A DNA stretch of 64,000 nt from an uncultured archaeon (lineage in GTDB: Archaea; Asgardarchaeota; Heimdallarchaeia; Heimdallarchaeales; Kariarchaeaceae). The stretch spans positions 64,001 through 128,000 of the forward strand of contig CAZYCQ010000001.1 in assembly GCA_964645535.1 (NCBI GenBank). Direction: 5' to 3'. A model generated the notes under the pieces. It saw only the letters and a list, made by a program, of their open reading frames with translations. It was not told the DNA's origin and did no database searches. The position numbers were made by a program, and so were the translations under genes. Shown here one piece after another: positions 18,556-27,806 of this stretch (positions are counted from its first letter, which is position 1; every line of letters begins with the position of its first letter).

Positions 18556-19284
18556 TCACTTCACCATCCCACTAAGCATTACGGTGGAAATCGCAGTGAT
18601 TGCAATCAAGATTATTACCCGATTTCCAGTAATTTTCCTACTTACCTCCTTGATAAGCTTCTGCGCTTTATCCAATTTGCTATCAAGGACATCAACTTTT
18701 TCATCAATTCCCCTGATTATTACACCCTGTTCCTCCAATTGACCTGCCATGTTATCTAGAGAGTTTTTGATCAATCCTATTTGGGCAGTTAATTGGCTCA
18801 TTGCCTCAGCAATATTGCTTTCCATCTGATTCATCCGTTCCTCCACCTTTTTGATGGCTTCATCCTCTTTACCTCCAGCCTCAAGCTTTACTAGATTGAG
18901 ATATGCATCACCTATTTCCTCATAATTTTGACGCGAGGTTCGCAATGCAATATCTAATTTCGCAATTGAATCTTCAAGGGCAGCCAAGGTGGATTTGTTC
19001 CGTCGTATTTTTTTTAGTCTTTCCTCTTCCTGTTTGATTTCAGCCGGCTTGATAAACGAGGGCAGTGTCGATTTCAGCCTCCCAAATCCCCCGCGTTTTT
19101 CCTTGAGTGTTTCCGAATATGATTCATCGAATTCCTCAAATACTTCCTTCATTGACCCAACTATGTCCTTCAATTCCGTCAGTGTTTCTTCGATGAGATC
19201 ATCAGTTGTATCCTTTCGGCTTAGCTTCTCCCCTATTTTTTTAATAAGAGACTTTTTGCTCTTTTTCTTATGGGTAGCACTCAT
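18556..19284 (-). CDS. Tail-anchored Q-SNARE-like (syntaxin-like) protein
   Basis: Heptad motif with central Gln186 (MAGQLEEQGVIIRGIDEKV); hydrophobic residues at layers -7 to +8; basic linker and terminal TM helix; helical N-terminus. Confidence 0.8.
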   Translation of the reverse strand: MSATHKKKSKKSLIKKIGEKLSRKDTTDDLIEETLTELKDIVGSMKEVFEEFDESYSETLKEKRGGFGRLKSTLPSFIKPAEIKQEEERLKKIRRNKSTLAALEDSIAKLDIALRTSRQNYEEIGDAYLNLVKLEAGGKEDEAIKKVEERMNQMESNIAEAMSQLTAQIGLIKNSLDNMAGQLEEQGVIIRGIDEKVDVLDSKLDKAQKLIKEVSRKITGNRVIILIAITAISTVMLSGMVK

Positions 19285-19419
19285 CTGATAGATTTAGGAA
19301 GGAACGATAATAAAACGTTCCTAATTTGAACCACGCTTTTTTCCACACTTGCGATGATATTTCACAAGTTATTACTTTGCTACATAGAGTTTTTAATCGT
19401 CTTTTGGGACACTTGTCTT

Positions 19420-21651
19420 GTGGAATTTCCACCATACCAAAATGATTTTGCATTTAGCCTTCCACATGAAAGGTTTCTTGGAAGTTGTAAAGTCAATGAA
19501 ATAAACTATGACCTTTTATTAATGGAGATTCCAGTCCTAATTCTTTTTTTGAGCTTTTTCCAATTCATTTCTTTGCCTTTCAGAATATTTACTGCAACAA
19601 TTGTTTTTCTGCTCACAACACCTTTTGTATTTAGAAAGTGGCATTTTGAGTTGACAAACAAACGTTTGGTTGTTCGTAGATGGTTTGCTGGACTTGAAAG
19701 ATTTCTTTCTTGGATATCCATTAAACTTTCAATGATTGAAACACTGGAAACATCTCCGAGAATTAAAGCTGGACCGCTCCTACTAGGATATTGGATTCTC
19801 ACATCTTATGCCTTGCCACTGATAGAGTTTGGGTTAAGTGGAGAAATCCCTCTCCCATTTGCCGTCAAGCTTGCTTTTTTTCTTGGATTGTATTCATCGA
19901 CTGTTGAAGGGTATGAGGAAGATTTTACACACATATTCATTGAACCGATTTTTGAAACCTTTGCCGATGTTTCCTTGATGGCAGGGACAGTCATGCTGAT
20001 CATTGGTTTGTTTCTTTTCTTGGCAGGATTGCCATATAGAAAGGAGTTCAGATTGATAACTATTTCTGGACATAGTTTTTCTGTCCGTACGGGTCTTCCA
20101 AATGACTTTTTATTTCTCTTGGATGGAATTATGCGGAAACATCACATACAGGGAGAATTTGAAAATGAAGTTCACTTTCCGAAACTTATTGATGAAGAAC
20201 TGAAAGCCAAAGGCAGATTGGGTCTAATAGATAGAAAGAATCAGTTGATTGGATTACTTTCCCTCATTATGTTTGTTAGAGGGTTCGCAAATCTCTTAAG
20301 CAGGTTACAAAATGCTGATCAAAGAGATGTCATTTTTCTTTTTCTGAATCTAATTGATTTTCTTCTCATTCTATTTTTAATTGTTTTTGCCAAAAGATTT
20401 CAGAAGATATGGGCAACAAACCACAGAATAATTTTTCAGGACGAACGAAGAGGAATATCTGGCCTATGGGGAAGAAGGATTTTCACATATCGTGATCTAC
20501 CGTTTTCACAAATCCAAGGGTTCAAGGTTTCCTATTACTCCGGATTTTCGCCTTACTCATTATATTTTGGAGTGGGAATCCTCTTGGCAATTCAAGCGAT
20601 TGCCACATCACTTGCGGTTAAATTACCTTCCAGCCCACATTTTTTGATCTATTCAGTTGGGGTTATTATTGCCGGTCTGTATCTTCTATTGAATTTCCGG
20701 ACATTTGGTGAGTTGACCCTATTTTCATTGGGTGGAAGAGTACATCGCTTAAGATTCAGAACTCCCTATATTGTATCCAAATTGTCACATAGACTCGAAG
20801 GAAAAGAAGGATTGGCCGAAAAATTCTTTCCAAATCTTTTGAGTGATGCGGAAATTCAGAAAATATGCAATGTAATTAGAGGATACAATGAACCAAAAAG
20901 ACCTTTGACAAAAAGGGAACATTATCTTGATGCATTTAGTTTTATAGGTAAAGATGAAAAAATACTTTTCAGCGTCGAGAAAATAAAACCCCATCCATTT
21001 TATTGGCTTTTTGCGATCGTATTCATTCTATCTGGTGTTACAGTGATTTATGTCTTCATGGTTCTTTTTGAGAAATTTGATTTTCCCAGTGTGGTTGCAT
21101 CAGGAATTCTGATTGCATCAACTTTATTTCTTCTTGTTCGAACTGTTGCATTTGCCATCATTAAAAGAAAATCCCTTATTCTAACTGAAGACCGATTAAT
21201 TGACCAATCTGAAACAAATCCAACCAAGTTGGCCAAATGGCTGGGATATTTGCCAATATGGGAACTTCGAGAAGTCAGAAATGACTTTGTAACTTCAATA
21301 AGACAGCAAATATTGTTTCATAGGTTCAGGCCTAAAGGTATCTTTTCCTTAGTGCTAATCTCCCTCTTTTCGGTCAAGATTGTTGTTCTCCTTGATTATC
21401 CATATTCTTCTTTTGACAGGAATCCTGTTTTTATTGTCCTGATGCTTTCACCATTTTTGTTGATTTCTTCCATCAACCATTTCCTGTTGGCACTTATGGA
21501 AACCATTCCCCGTTATGGACTCAAAATAGAAACACGAAAATTTACATTATCATACTCTCATTTCCCAAAATCAAAGCAGTTCGAACAGATTTTTTATCAA
21601 GCAGTAAGGAATCGAAACACCTACAATCAAATGATTAGGGAGGGACTATGA
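19420..21651 (+). CDS. Polytopic membrane protein with three PH-like (bPH/YdbS-type) repeats
   Basis: Repeats FELTNKRLVV, IWATNHRIIF and LILTEDRLID, each with TM hairpins; likely GTG start at 19420 after TTTTTAAT. Confidence 0.65.
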   Translation: MEFPPYQNDFAFSLPHERFLGSCKVNEINYDLLLMEIPVLILFLSFFQFISLPFRIFTATIVFLLTTPFVFRKWHFELTNKRLVVRRWFAGLERFLSWISIKLSMIETLETSPRIKAGPLLLGYWILTSYALPLIEFGLSGEIPLPFAVKLAFFLGLYSSTVEGYEEDFTHIFIEPIFETFADVSLMAGTVMLIIGLFLFLAGLPYRKEFRLITISGHSFSVRTGLPNDFLFLLDGIMRKHHIQGEFENEVHFPKLIDEELKAKGRLGLIDRKNQLIGLLSLIMFVRGFANLLSRLQNADQRDVIFLFLNLIDFLLILFLIVFAKRFQKIWATNHRIIFQDERRGISGLWGRRIFTYRDLPFSQIQGFKVSYYSGFSPYSLYFGVGILLAIQAIATSLAVKLPSSPHFLIYSVGVIIAGLYLLLNFRTFGELTLFSLGGRVHRLRFRTPYIVSKLSHRLEGKEGLAEKFFPNLLSDAEIQKICNVIRGYNEPKRPLTKREHYLDAFSFIGKDEKILFSVEKIKPHPFYWLFAIVFILSGVTVIYVFMVLFEKFDFPSVVASGILIASTLFLLVRTVAFAIIKRKSLILTEDRLIDQSETNPTKLAKWLGYLPIWELREVRNDFVTSIRQQILFHRFRPKGIFSLVLISLFSVKIVVLLDYPYSSFDRNPVFIVLMLSPFLLISSINHFLLALMETIPRYGLKIETRKFTLSYSHFPKSKQFEQIFYQAVRNRNTYNQMIREGL

Positions 21652-22604
21652 TCATGAATTGGGATGCCAAGCTAAAAGTGGTAATTTTTGGGAAATACGA
21701 TCTCAAGAGTATTTTTGAAAAGCATAGAATTCCTGGAGAAAGGCTAATCGCAGAACAAGACATCCTATATTATTCTGAAATTCCCCTGTTCCTTGCTTTA
21801 ATTATAGGGATTGTATCTCTTTTCCTCTCTTTGTTGCTGGATCCCATTTTTCTTGTTGGAATACCAATAATAATTCTAATTACGTATTTTTCCATTTCAA
21901 TGGAGTTTGTGTTTCTCACCGACGAAAGGATTCTTATTGAGAGAAGGTATCTGCTGGATAAAATACTATCAACCCGGACAATAATAAACATTGCATTGGA
22001 TCAGATCTCTATTGTAGAGTCAGGAAGAGCGCCTCCTAATTGGCCAGTTTCATTTGTCACTATGGGAACCCTCCTTTTATCTGTCTTTTCAGCCATGATT
22101 ACTTCCAATGTTTTTACCAAGTTAATATGGGGATATGTAGGATTAATTTCAACATTCATCTTGATTTATTCGTTACGACTATTCAGACGAGCAGTTTCAT
22201 TATTTGTTGTTGGAAGTAGACTTCCTATTGTAATTGGTGCAAGAAAAGGGATATCTGTGTATTGGGTGAAGAAACTTCATGAAACATTGTTTGAACGAAT
22301 TCACCACGTAGAACATATTTATTCATCTCACAAGGAACTTGACACCAAAATCAATGAATTCCCGTTGGAACTTCCCCAAAATCTCAAGAAAGTATTGGTC
22401 AATCTTTCACAAAATGTGGAAAAAGAGATATACAAACTACTTTATTTCGAGCCCCGAACAAAGAAAGAATTGTACTCTGAATTAGAAGATTTCGACAATC
22501 ATCTAATTGATAATGGCCTATCCCATCTCTCCAAGGAAGGGATGATTGTATATGACCGGAGCAGAAGAGTCTGGACAATTACTGGAAAGGTCCCAAATTC
22601 ATAG
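21648..22604 (+). CDS. Membrane protein with one PH-like repeat and a C-terminal winged helix
   Basis: VFLTDERILI..IALDQISIVE; 4 TMs; C-terminal EKEIYKLL..RTKKEL..LSHLSKEGMI..W; ATGA overlap with the upstream gene. Confidence 0.65.
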   Translation: MIMNWDAKLKVVIFGKYDLKSIFEKHRIPGERLIAEQDILYYSEIPLFLALIIGIVSLFLSLLLDPIFLVGIPIIILITYFSISMEFVFLTDERILIERRYLLDKILSTRTIINIALDQISIVESGRAPPNWPVSFVTMGTLLLSVFSAMITSNVFTKLIWGYVGLISTFILIYSLRLFRRAVSLFVVGSRLPIVIGARKGISVYWVKKLHETLFERIHHVEHIYSSHKELDTKINEFPLELPQNLKKVLVNLSQNVEKEIYKLLYFEPRTKKELYSELEDFDNHLIDNGLSHLSKEGMIVYDRSRRVWTITGKVPNS

Positions 22605-23652
22605 CCTTCCCAGAGGAGGAAGAGGATTGGAGGGCAGTCAAAACCCTTTGGAGATTGTAGGCATCCACAAAATTCGGGTTCAAGGAGCGTCCCATTTTTA
22701 TTGCTCCTGAAAAATCATAAAGAAGTTTCATAAATGGTCCGACGAGAGGATGGGCACCTTCTATTTTGGGGATGGAGAGACTTTGAGGGATTTCAAGGAC
22801 ATGGGGTTTTTCATCTTCACTTAATCGGGCTCCCCAAAGACGTCCTTGTTCATCAATCCCCAAATATCCTTCGTTCCCAAAAAACTCGATCCGGGTTCCC
22901 CTTCCAAATGGGGAAACTGAGCTGATTTGGACGATTCCGGTTGCACCGTCCCCTATTTCGAAGATACCGGAAAATGAATCATCTGCGGTTACCCTTTTCA
23001 TCTTGCCTGTTTTTTTATTCAATCGTCTTCCAACAAGGGTTGATGGTTTCCCATAGACCCTATCTATTCGGTTGAATACCTGGATGAGCATATCGATATA
23101 ATGTGCACCGACTGAGAAAAGAACCCCTCCTCCTTCGGATCGCTCACTCCACCAATTATATCCTTTGTCTCGGGGATTTAATCTACTTGGATTTCTTAAG
23201 ATAATGGTGAAATCATGAACCTTTCCGATATATCCGGATTTCAATAGCTCAACAAGATATGCACGGTTCGGAATATATCGAAATTCTAAGTTAACCATTC
23301 CCACACTCCCATGTTCCTCAATAGCCAAACGCATTCTTTCAGCGTCTTTAAGAGTTACACTGACAGGTTTTTCGCAAAGTATATGCTTGTTAGCTTCAAC
23401 CGCTGCCAATACCATCTCCAAATGATGTTTGGGTGGAGTTACTATGCTGACGACATCAATGTCAGGATTTTCCATTATTGATCTCCAATCAGTAGACCAA
23501 TTTGGTGCCTTGAGTCGTTTCGCAATAGCCTTGGTTTTGGATGCGTCCTGACCAACGATAACGGCCGGTTCGAAATCCGGATGGTGATAAAAACCCGGAT
23601 AGTGGACAAGGGAACCAAAACCAGTTCCGATTATTCCAACTTTTAAGCCCAT
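22579..23652 (-). CDS. Gfo/Idh/MocA family oxidoreductase
   Basis: VGIIGTG, DVVSIVTPP..H, KHILCEKP, GGGVL..GAHYID. Confidence 0.92.
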   Translation of the reverse strand: MGLKVGIIGTGFGSLVHYPGFYHHPDFEPAVIVGQDASKTKAIAKRLKAPNWSTDWRSIMENPDIDVVSIVTPPKHHLEMVLAAVEANKHILCEKPVSVTLKDAERMRLAIEEHGSVGMVNLEFRYIPNRAYLVELLKSGYIGKVHDFTIILRNPSRLNPRDKGYNWWSERSEGGGVLFSVGAHYIDMLIQVFNRIDRVYGKPSTLVGRRLNKKTGKMKRVTADDSFSGIFEIGDGATGIVQISSVSPFGRGTRIEFFGNEGYLGIDEQGRLWGARLSEDEKPHVLEIPQSLSIPKIEGAHPLVGPFMKLLYDFSGAIKMGRSLNPNFVDAYNLQRVLTALQSSSSSGKAMNLGPFQ

Positions 23653-23793
23653 CCTATCCCAAAGTGAGCTTTGAACTACTTAAACTATATGAACAAAATA
23701 AATTTATACGAGCACTTCTAGTATTAAACTTTTTGGCTTTTCAAAAAAATAGTAAGTCTAATACACTTTTATAGAAAAGCGTTCAACGATTTT

Positions 23794-24978
23794 GTGATGT
23801 TTGAGGGAGGAATCTTCTCAACCGATAGAAACCTGAATTTTGGAGGGACAGTCCATGGTTCAAATGAAACAGAGTCTAAAATCATGGATCAATACAGAAT
23901 TGTTATTGTTGGATACACAAAATCGTTTTCGCAGAATCCAAAGTTGTTCAAGTTCAATGAATGGAAACCCAACATATTCAAGCAATTCAAGAAAATTCTT
24001 TTCATGGGGATTAAGAGGAGGAGAATTAAGACCTCAACCATACCGAAATCCAAGCGAATTAGAATTGAAGGCGGAACAATTGAAATCGATTCAACCATCA
24101 AGGCAGTGAGTTTAGAAATTCATAATTCGAAGATCATGGTCAATAATCACATTAGATCAGCTAGCCTGAAACATCTCGAATTGGTTAATGTAGACATTGA
24201 CTTTGAATTCCCGTTTTTCAATCTCTTCCCCAATGTCCATACATTGCATCTTGACAACATACAAATCTCGAGGAATTCGGGATTAATAGATTTACCCTCT
24301 TTAAAATTCATAGAGATCGTAAATTTAGAATTACCATGGGATCTAAGTTTTCAGCATTTGCCATTGAAAAGATTGACCATGGTCAATTCCAAATCTCAAA
24401 AAATCCCTCCACTCCCAAGGAAAATCAAGACAGTCAGCATTGTGGATTGCAGGGGGTTGATCGTTTCCAAAACCCTCTTGGATAAAAAAATTGCATACCT
24501 TTTATCCAACAGGAATGTCATATATCCATCACACTTATTAAGAATCTCACCAATTTTTGAATCAATCTGCTGGAGTTGGGTCGATTTACCCCAACTAATC
24601 AGATTTCTTGAGTTTCTTTCAGCGAACCTTCAACCTTCTACCAGAAATGGACAAAAAAAACAATTGATCAATTCCATTCATATGATCAGAAGGGATTTAT
24701 TTCTGGTCAAGAACCGAAAACCAAGAAAGGACAGATATCCAAGTTTTGGGGAAATATTTATCCTGCAATCAAAAAATACTCCAGAAAGCCTTACTCTGTA
24801 CCTATTCTATGATTATGATGAAGAAAGTCTTCCTGTTGTCATGATCAAATTCAAGAATATAGAAATGATGGATTTGATCAATCTATTCTATAAGGCAGAC
24901 TTTGTTGAAACAACAGAGCAGTGTTATTGGGAACGTGATTCTCAGGAGAAAACTCTTAAAGCACCATGTCATGAATAA
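23794..24978 (+). CDS. Hypothetical protein with degenerate leucine-rich repeats
   Basis: LKHLELVNVDI, VHTLHLDNIQI, LKFIEIVNLEL, LKRLTMVNS, IKTVSIVDCRGL; start uncertain (possibly 23884). Confidence 0.55.
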   Translation: MMFEGGIFSTDRNLNFGGTVHGSNETESKIMDQYRIVIVGYTKSFSQNPKLFKFNEWKPNIFKQFKKILFMGIKRRRIKTSTIPKSKRIRIEGGTIEIDSTIKAVSLEIHNSKIMVNNHIRSASLKHLELVNVDIDFEFPFFNLFPNVHTLHLDNIQISRNSGLIDLPSLKFIEIVNLELPWDLSFQHLPLKRLTMVNSKSQKIPPLPRKIKTVSIVDCRGLIVSKTLLDKKIAYLLSNRNVIYPSHLLRISPIFESICWSWVDLPQLIRFLEFLSANLQPSTRNGQKKQLINSIHMIRRDLFLVKNRKPRKDRYPSFGEIFILQSKNTPESLTLYLFYDYDEESLPVVMIKFKNIEMMDLINLFYKADFVETTEQCYWERDSQEKTLKAPCHE

Positions 24979-24983
24979 CTTAA

Positions 24984-25084
24984 GGGCTTGTGGTGAAGTG
25001 GAATCACACTGGCCTTCGGAGCCAGCGTCCCGGGTTCGAACCAGACTATCTTGCGGGATAGTTGCGGAAGTCCCGGCAAGCCCT
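24984..25084 (+). tRNA. tRNA-Arg(UCG) with 30-nt non-canonical intron at 59/60 (25041-25070)
   Basis: Acceptor GGGCTTG/CAAGCCC; D-arm GTGA/TCAC; anticodon stem CTGGC/GCCAG with loop CTTCGGA; T-stem CCGGG/CCCGG; T-loop TTCGAA|T interrupted; BHB motif present. Confidence 0.9.
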
Positions 25085-25219
25085 CTTCCAAGTTTTCATG
25101 GATTTGAGTATGTATCCATAGAATTATTATTGCAAATCATGAAAGTAATTTGGCGATGACGAAAAAACCCCAGAAGGAGCCTTTTGGCGATGAATTCCAC
25201 ACGACAATTCCGAGCCATT

Positions 25220-25834
25220 TCAACTGATATACTTGATTGCCATAAGGGAAAGGACTTCTCCGGCATTCTTGATTTTGGCAATGATGGACTGTGCTCGTTT
25301 ATGCATATTCTCCAATGCTGCAAATTGTTTCCAATCCTGCGATTTTTGGAAGTATTCAGCTTCCAGTTGCATTCCTTTTTCCATCACCTCATCTCGACTG
25401 TTTTCAATCTTTTCAACAAGGTCGATGGCATTGTCGAAACTTGAATAGACCTCTTTTATTGCTTGGGAAAGTGATTCTGATGTTGATCGTATGGTTTCAG
25501 AAATGAATGCACCTCTTTCTGCAAAATCAGTGGGCAGGAATTTCCCATATTCTTTTACAGTCCTTGCTGTCCGTGCATATTCATCAAGGACATCATCAAT
25601 CCGCCTCAAGAGTTTGGCACGGTCAAGAGCAAGATAAGGGACGGACTGCTGTTTGGCGAAATGCTCATTCAAACGATCCCTTATTTTATCTCCCTCTTCC
25701 TCCACTTCAAGTACCCTATCGATTTTTTCCTGAACCGGCTCTGGTTGAAAAATAATTTCTCCGATGATTTGACCAGCAGTCTGAAGTAAGTCTGCGAGTT
25801 TAAAGAATTGTTCCTTTTCTTCTTTTTTGTTCAT
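25220..25834 (-). CDS. DUF47 / PhoU-like phosphate transport regulator
   Basis: EEEGDKIR...DR..L...IDDVLD helical pattern; ATGA overlap with the PiT gene. Confidence 0.85.
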   Translation of the reverse strand: MNKKEEKEQFFKLADLLQTAGQIIGEIIFQPEPVQEKIDRVLEVEEEGDKIRDRLNEHFAKQQSVPYLALDRAKLLRRIDDVLDEYARTARTVKEYGKFLPTDFAERGAFISETIRSTSESLSQAIKEVYSSFDNAIDLVEKIENSRDEVMEKGMQLEAEYFQKSQDWKQFAALENMHKRAQSIIAKIKNAGEVLSLMAIKYIS

Positions 25835-26829
25835 ATGGCTATACCTCCGAATTCGACAAGTTTCCAAAGGACATAGGTTGTCAGACCTGCGGCAAATGGA
25901 GTTCCCACGGCAGATGCCGCGATCCTTCCGACAGTCCGCTTATTCACGGTGCTTCTATTTGCAATCGCAACTCCAAGGAAAGAAGATACAAGAACGTGAG
26001 TTCCTGAAATGGGAATCCCCAGACTTGCAGAACCGGTGGTCACAATTGCCGTGGCCACCTGAACTGCAACTGCCGTAGTCGGACTCAGTTCGACAATATC
26101 ATTCCCCAAGGTAATGAGAACACGTCGTCCAATAATTATCAATCCAATTGCCATAAAACTCCCACCTAGAACGAGAGGAATACGTACAAAAAGACTGTCT
26201 TCTGTTCCGGCAAGAGACTGGAAAAGCGGGAGTAAAGGAGCAACTGCATTGGAGACGTCATTTGCACCTCTTGAAAAAGCGGTAATGCACACGGCTATCA
26301 GGAGACCATTCGCAAAAATCATTTCCAAACGGTCGACATCATCAAGACCTTTGATATAAGCCCGTTTCAACCTTAAAATCAGCTTCATGATTATGAAGGA
26401 TCCAATAAAACCCAAAATAGGGGAAAGAATCCATGACAAGACTATTTTGGTGACCACAGAAATCTGAAGTGCATCACTCCGCCCAAGAATTAAAGACATG
26501 GCAATCGTGCTCCCTACCATCGTATGTGTGGTAGAAAGTGGAAGCCCTTTCAAAGAACCCACAATCAGTAAACTTGCCACAGACAGAAGAATCACCAAAA
26601 CCTGTAAAGTCGTGTACTCAGTTTCCGTCAGATCAGAGCCCACTGTTTTCGCAACTTTGAACCCTAAGGTTGATGCACCCAATATAACAATGACACCGCC
26701 CAAAAAGACCGCCTGATTCACGGAAAGACGTTTTGAACCGATGGCAGGAGCGAACGTCTCGTCATTTGCACCAATTGCTATTGCAAGCAACATAGATATT
26801 GAAGTCAGCAGGATTAGGAAACTCTCCAT
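25831..26829 (-). CDS. pit: Inorganic phosphate transporter, PiT family
   Basis: Two GAND signatures (IGANDE, RGANDVSNA), GLPLSTTH, GIPISGTH. Confidence 0.92.
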   Translation of the reverse strand: MESFLILLTSISMLLAIAIGANDETFAPAIGSKRLSVNQAVFLGGVIVILGASTLGFKVAKTVGSDLTETEYTTLQVLVILLSVASLLIVGSLKGLPLSTTHTMVGSTIAMSLILGRSDALQISVVTKIVLSWILSPILGFIGSFIIMKLILRLKRAYIKGLDDVDRLEMIFANGLLIAVCITAFSRGANDVSNAVAPLLPLFQSLAGTEDSLFVRIPLVLGGSFMAIGLIIIGRRVLITLGNDIVELSPTTAVAVQVATAIVTTGSASLGIPISGTHVLVSSFLGVAIANRSTVNKRTVGRIAASAVGTPFAAGLTTYVLWKLVEFGGIAI

Positions 26830-26973
26830 TTTGCTTTCTCCCAAAAAAACCCAAGAATAATAAATCCATCGGGTTAAGCCCGTAAAATTGGTTTATCTGA
26901 TTTGGAAAAAAATAGGGAAGAACGGGAATAGTTCAGACAAGCAAGTCAAGGGTTCTGGATGCAAAACAGCGGT

Positions 26974-27293
26974 TCATCCAGTGGATCTCAAACTGAGAAC
27001 AAATCTGCATTTAATTCCTTCAACTGCATTTTTTTTGGTCTGTGCATAGATTCCCAATGTACCTACCCATTGCCAGATTCAATATCAATAATTCTTATAC
27101 CTATTTTTGCAAATTTTTTACCATTCCAGAAATCCATAAGCATTTCTATTAAATAGAATAAAACATCCTTTCCGTCTAATCTTGTTGGTTTTCTTACCAA
27201 CTTTTCCTTTTTCATATAGCTGATGAGTGCTCTTATACCTACCTCACTTTTTCCAAACCATTTTCGGGAAGGTTTCAAGGAGATTGATTGCAA
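26974..27293 (-). pseudogene. Possible decayed class I SAM methyltransferase
   Basis: IRIIDIESGNG ends in TAG; an adjacent frame continues GTLGIYAQTKKNAVEGI, together resembling SAM motif I. Confidence 0.3.
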
Positions 27294-27421
27294 AAGGAAC
27301 TTTGTTGTCTTCTTTGTGTTAATTTAACTATCTAGACCCCAAATTAAAAGCTGATAGAAAGATTTGTCGTATAGCAGCCACTATACGCGAAATAAACGGG
27401 AGATTAATCATATCTCTTCGC

Positions 27422-27742
27422 CTATTTCATATATACTCCAATCAACAGAAGTAAGGATCCCAAAATTGCAAGCAGATTTCCTGCGACCAATGCAAGGACA
27501 AGCAGTACAATTCCCAATAGTGTCAAGTCATTTATTTTGATCTTCCTTATGCCAATGAGAACAATAAGTAGATTAACTCCGAGATTGATTATCGTTCCCA
27601 CTATTCCCTCATTTCCAAAAAATCCTCTTGAATTACTGAAGCCAACTGACAGTGACAATGTCTGTAGAACAATTTCAAGAATGGAAAGCACGCCACCTAT
27701 AATTGCAATGATCCTACCGATTTCAACAACTTGCCTGTTCAT
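27422..27742 (-). CDS. Small hydrophobic membrane protein
   Basis: 106 aa, 3-4 TM segments. Confidence 0.7.
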   Translation of the reverse strand: MNRQVVEIGRIIAIIGGVLSILEIVLQTLSLSVGFSNSRGFFGNEGIVGTIINLGVNLLIVLIGIRKIKINDLTLLGIVLLVLALVAGNLLAILGSLLLLIGVYMK

Positions 27743-27806
27743 GGCTCACTGATTGATTGGCAGTTAAACTATTTTCCTTTTCCTTCTGGATCATCATGAT
27801 TTTGCT

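Noticed and set aside
24902-25159. 85-aa ORF spanning the tRNA
   Set aside because: Explained by the tRNA gene and its intron
25149-25193. Direct repeat TTTGGCGATGA x2 around a small hairpin downstream of the tRNA
   Set aside because: No D box or K-turn partner strand; may be a terminator-region coincidence; too weak to call
27063-27065. Pyrrolysine/selenocysteine read-through at the TAG
   Set aside because: The plausible continuation needs a frameshift, the in-frame continuation stops soon after, and no pyl/sel genes are in the window
23794-27421. Integrated element at tRNA-Arg
   Set aside because: No integrase or transposase, and no duplicated tRNA 3' end seen in the window
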